Assembly: GCA_009780275.1 (NCBI GenBank)
Contig: WRAI01000007.1
Span: 10,883 to 74,882, forward strand
Source of the DNA: Oscillospiraceae bacterium
Lineage (GTDB): Bacteria; Bacillota; Clostridia; Oscillospirales; UBA929
Reading direction: 5' to 3'
Length of the DNA stretch: 64,000 nucleotides
This document shows, one piece after another, positions 63,980 to 64,000 of this stretch (its first letter is position 1; the number at the start of each line of letters is the position of its first letter). A program made the translations under genes and the position numbers. The notes below the pieces were generated by a model. It did not search any database, was not told the origin of the DNA, and saw only the letters and a list, made by a program, of their open reading frames with translations.

Positions 63980-64000
63980 TAGAGAGTAGGGAAAAATACA

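Overview
64-kb chromosomal window from a Firmicutes genome. It looks like a spore-forming Clostridia with SLH-anchored surface proteins, based on bofA, SLH domains, a CIRCE/HrcA operon and a SpoVB/MurJ-like flippase. This taxonomy is inference only. All calls come from reading the ORF translations and the DNA by eye; no searches or computations were run.

Most of the window is housekeeping: pgeF; hrcA-grpE-(GNAT)-dnaK; an ECF sigma factor; birA divergent from pyc; mntP; lexA; argS; ruvC; yggS-sepF; a miaB-mutS-mutL-miaA backbone; guaB; punA-mtaD.

Accessory or unusual content:
1. An A+T-rich left-end island (1-6640). It holds an operon alternating three lipoproteins with two peptidoglycan hydrolases (CHAP and M23) that carry the same ricin-like lectin module. 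An IS30 transposase and an integrase N-terminal remnant bound it.
2. A DUF559 (Vsr-like) endonuclease gene bracketed by a ~65-bp multi-hairpin inverted repeat, inserted between miaB and mutS. The adjacent miaB lacks its TRAM domain. A solo copy of the repeat lies at 27296.
3. A dispersed family of GC-rich 'GTAGGG(G)CG...' intergenic hairpins.
4. A GNAT gene translationally embedded in the heat-shock operon, an HrcA about 90 aa shorter than usual, and no dnaJ.
5. An MMPL transporter coupled to a secreted protein, next to an LRR surface protein.
6. Several gene remnants: integrase, radical-SAM/SPASM, DUF1905 and possibly a GNAT.

I saw no rRNA, tRNA or CRISPR array.
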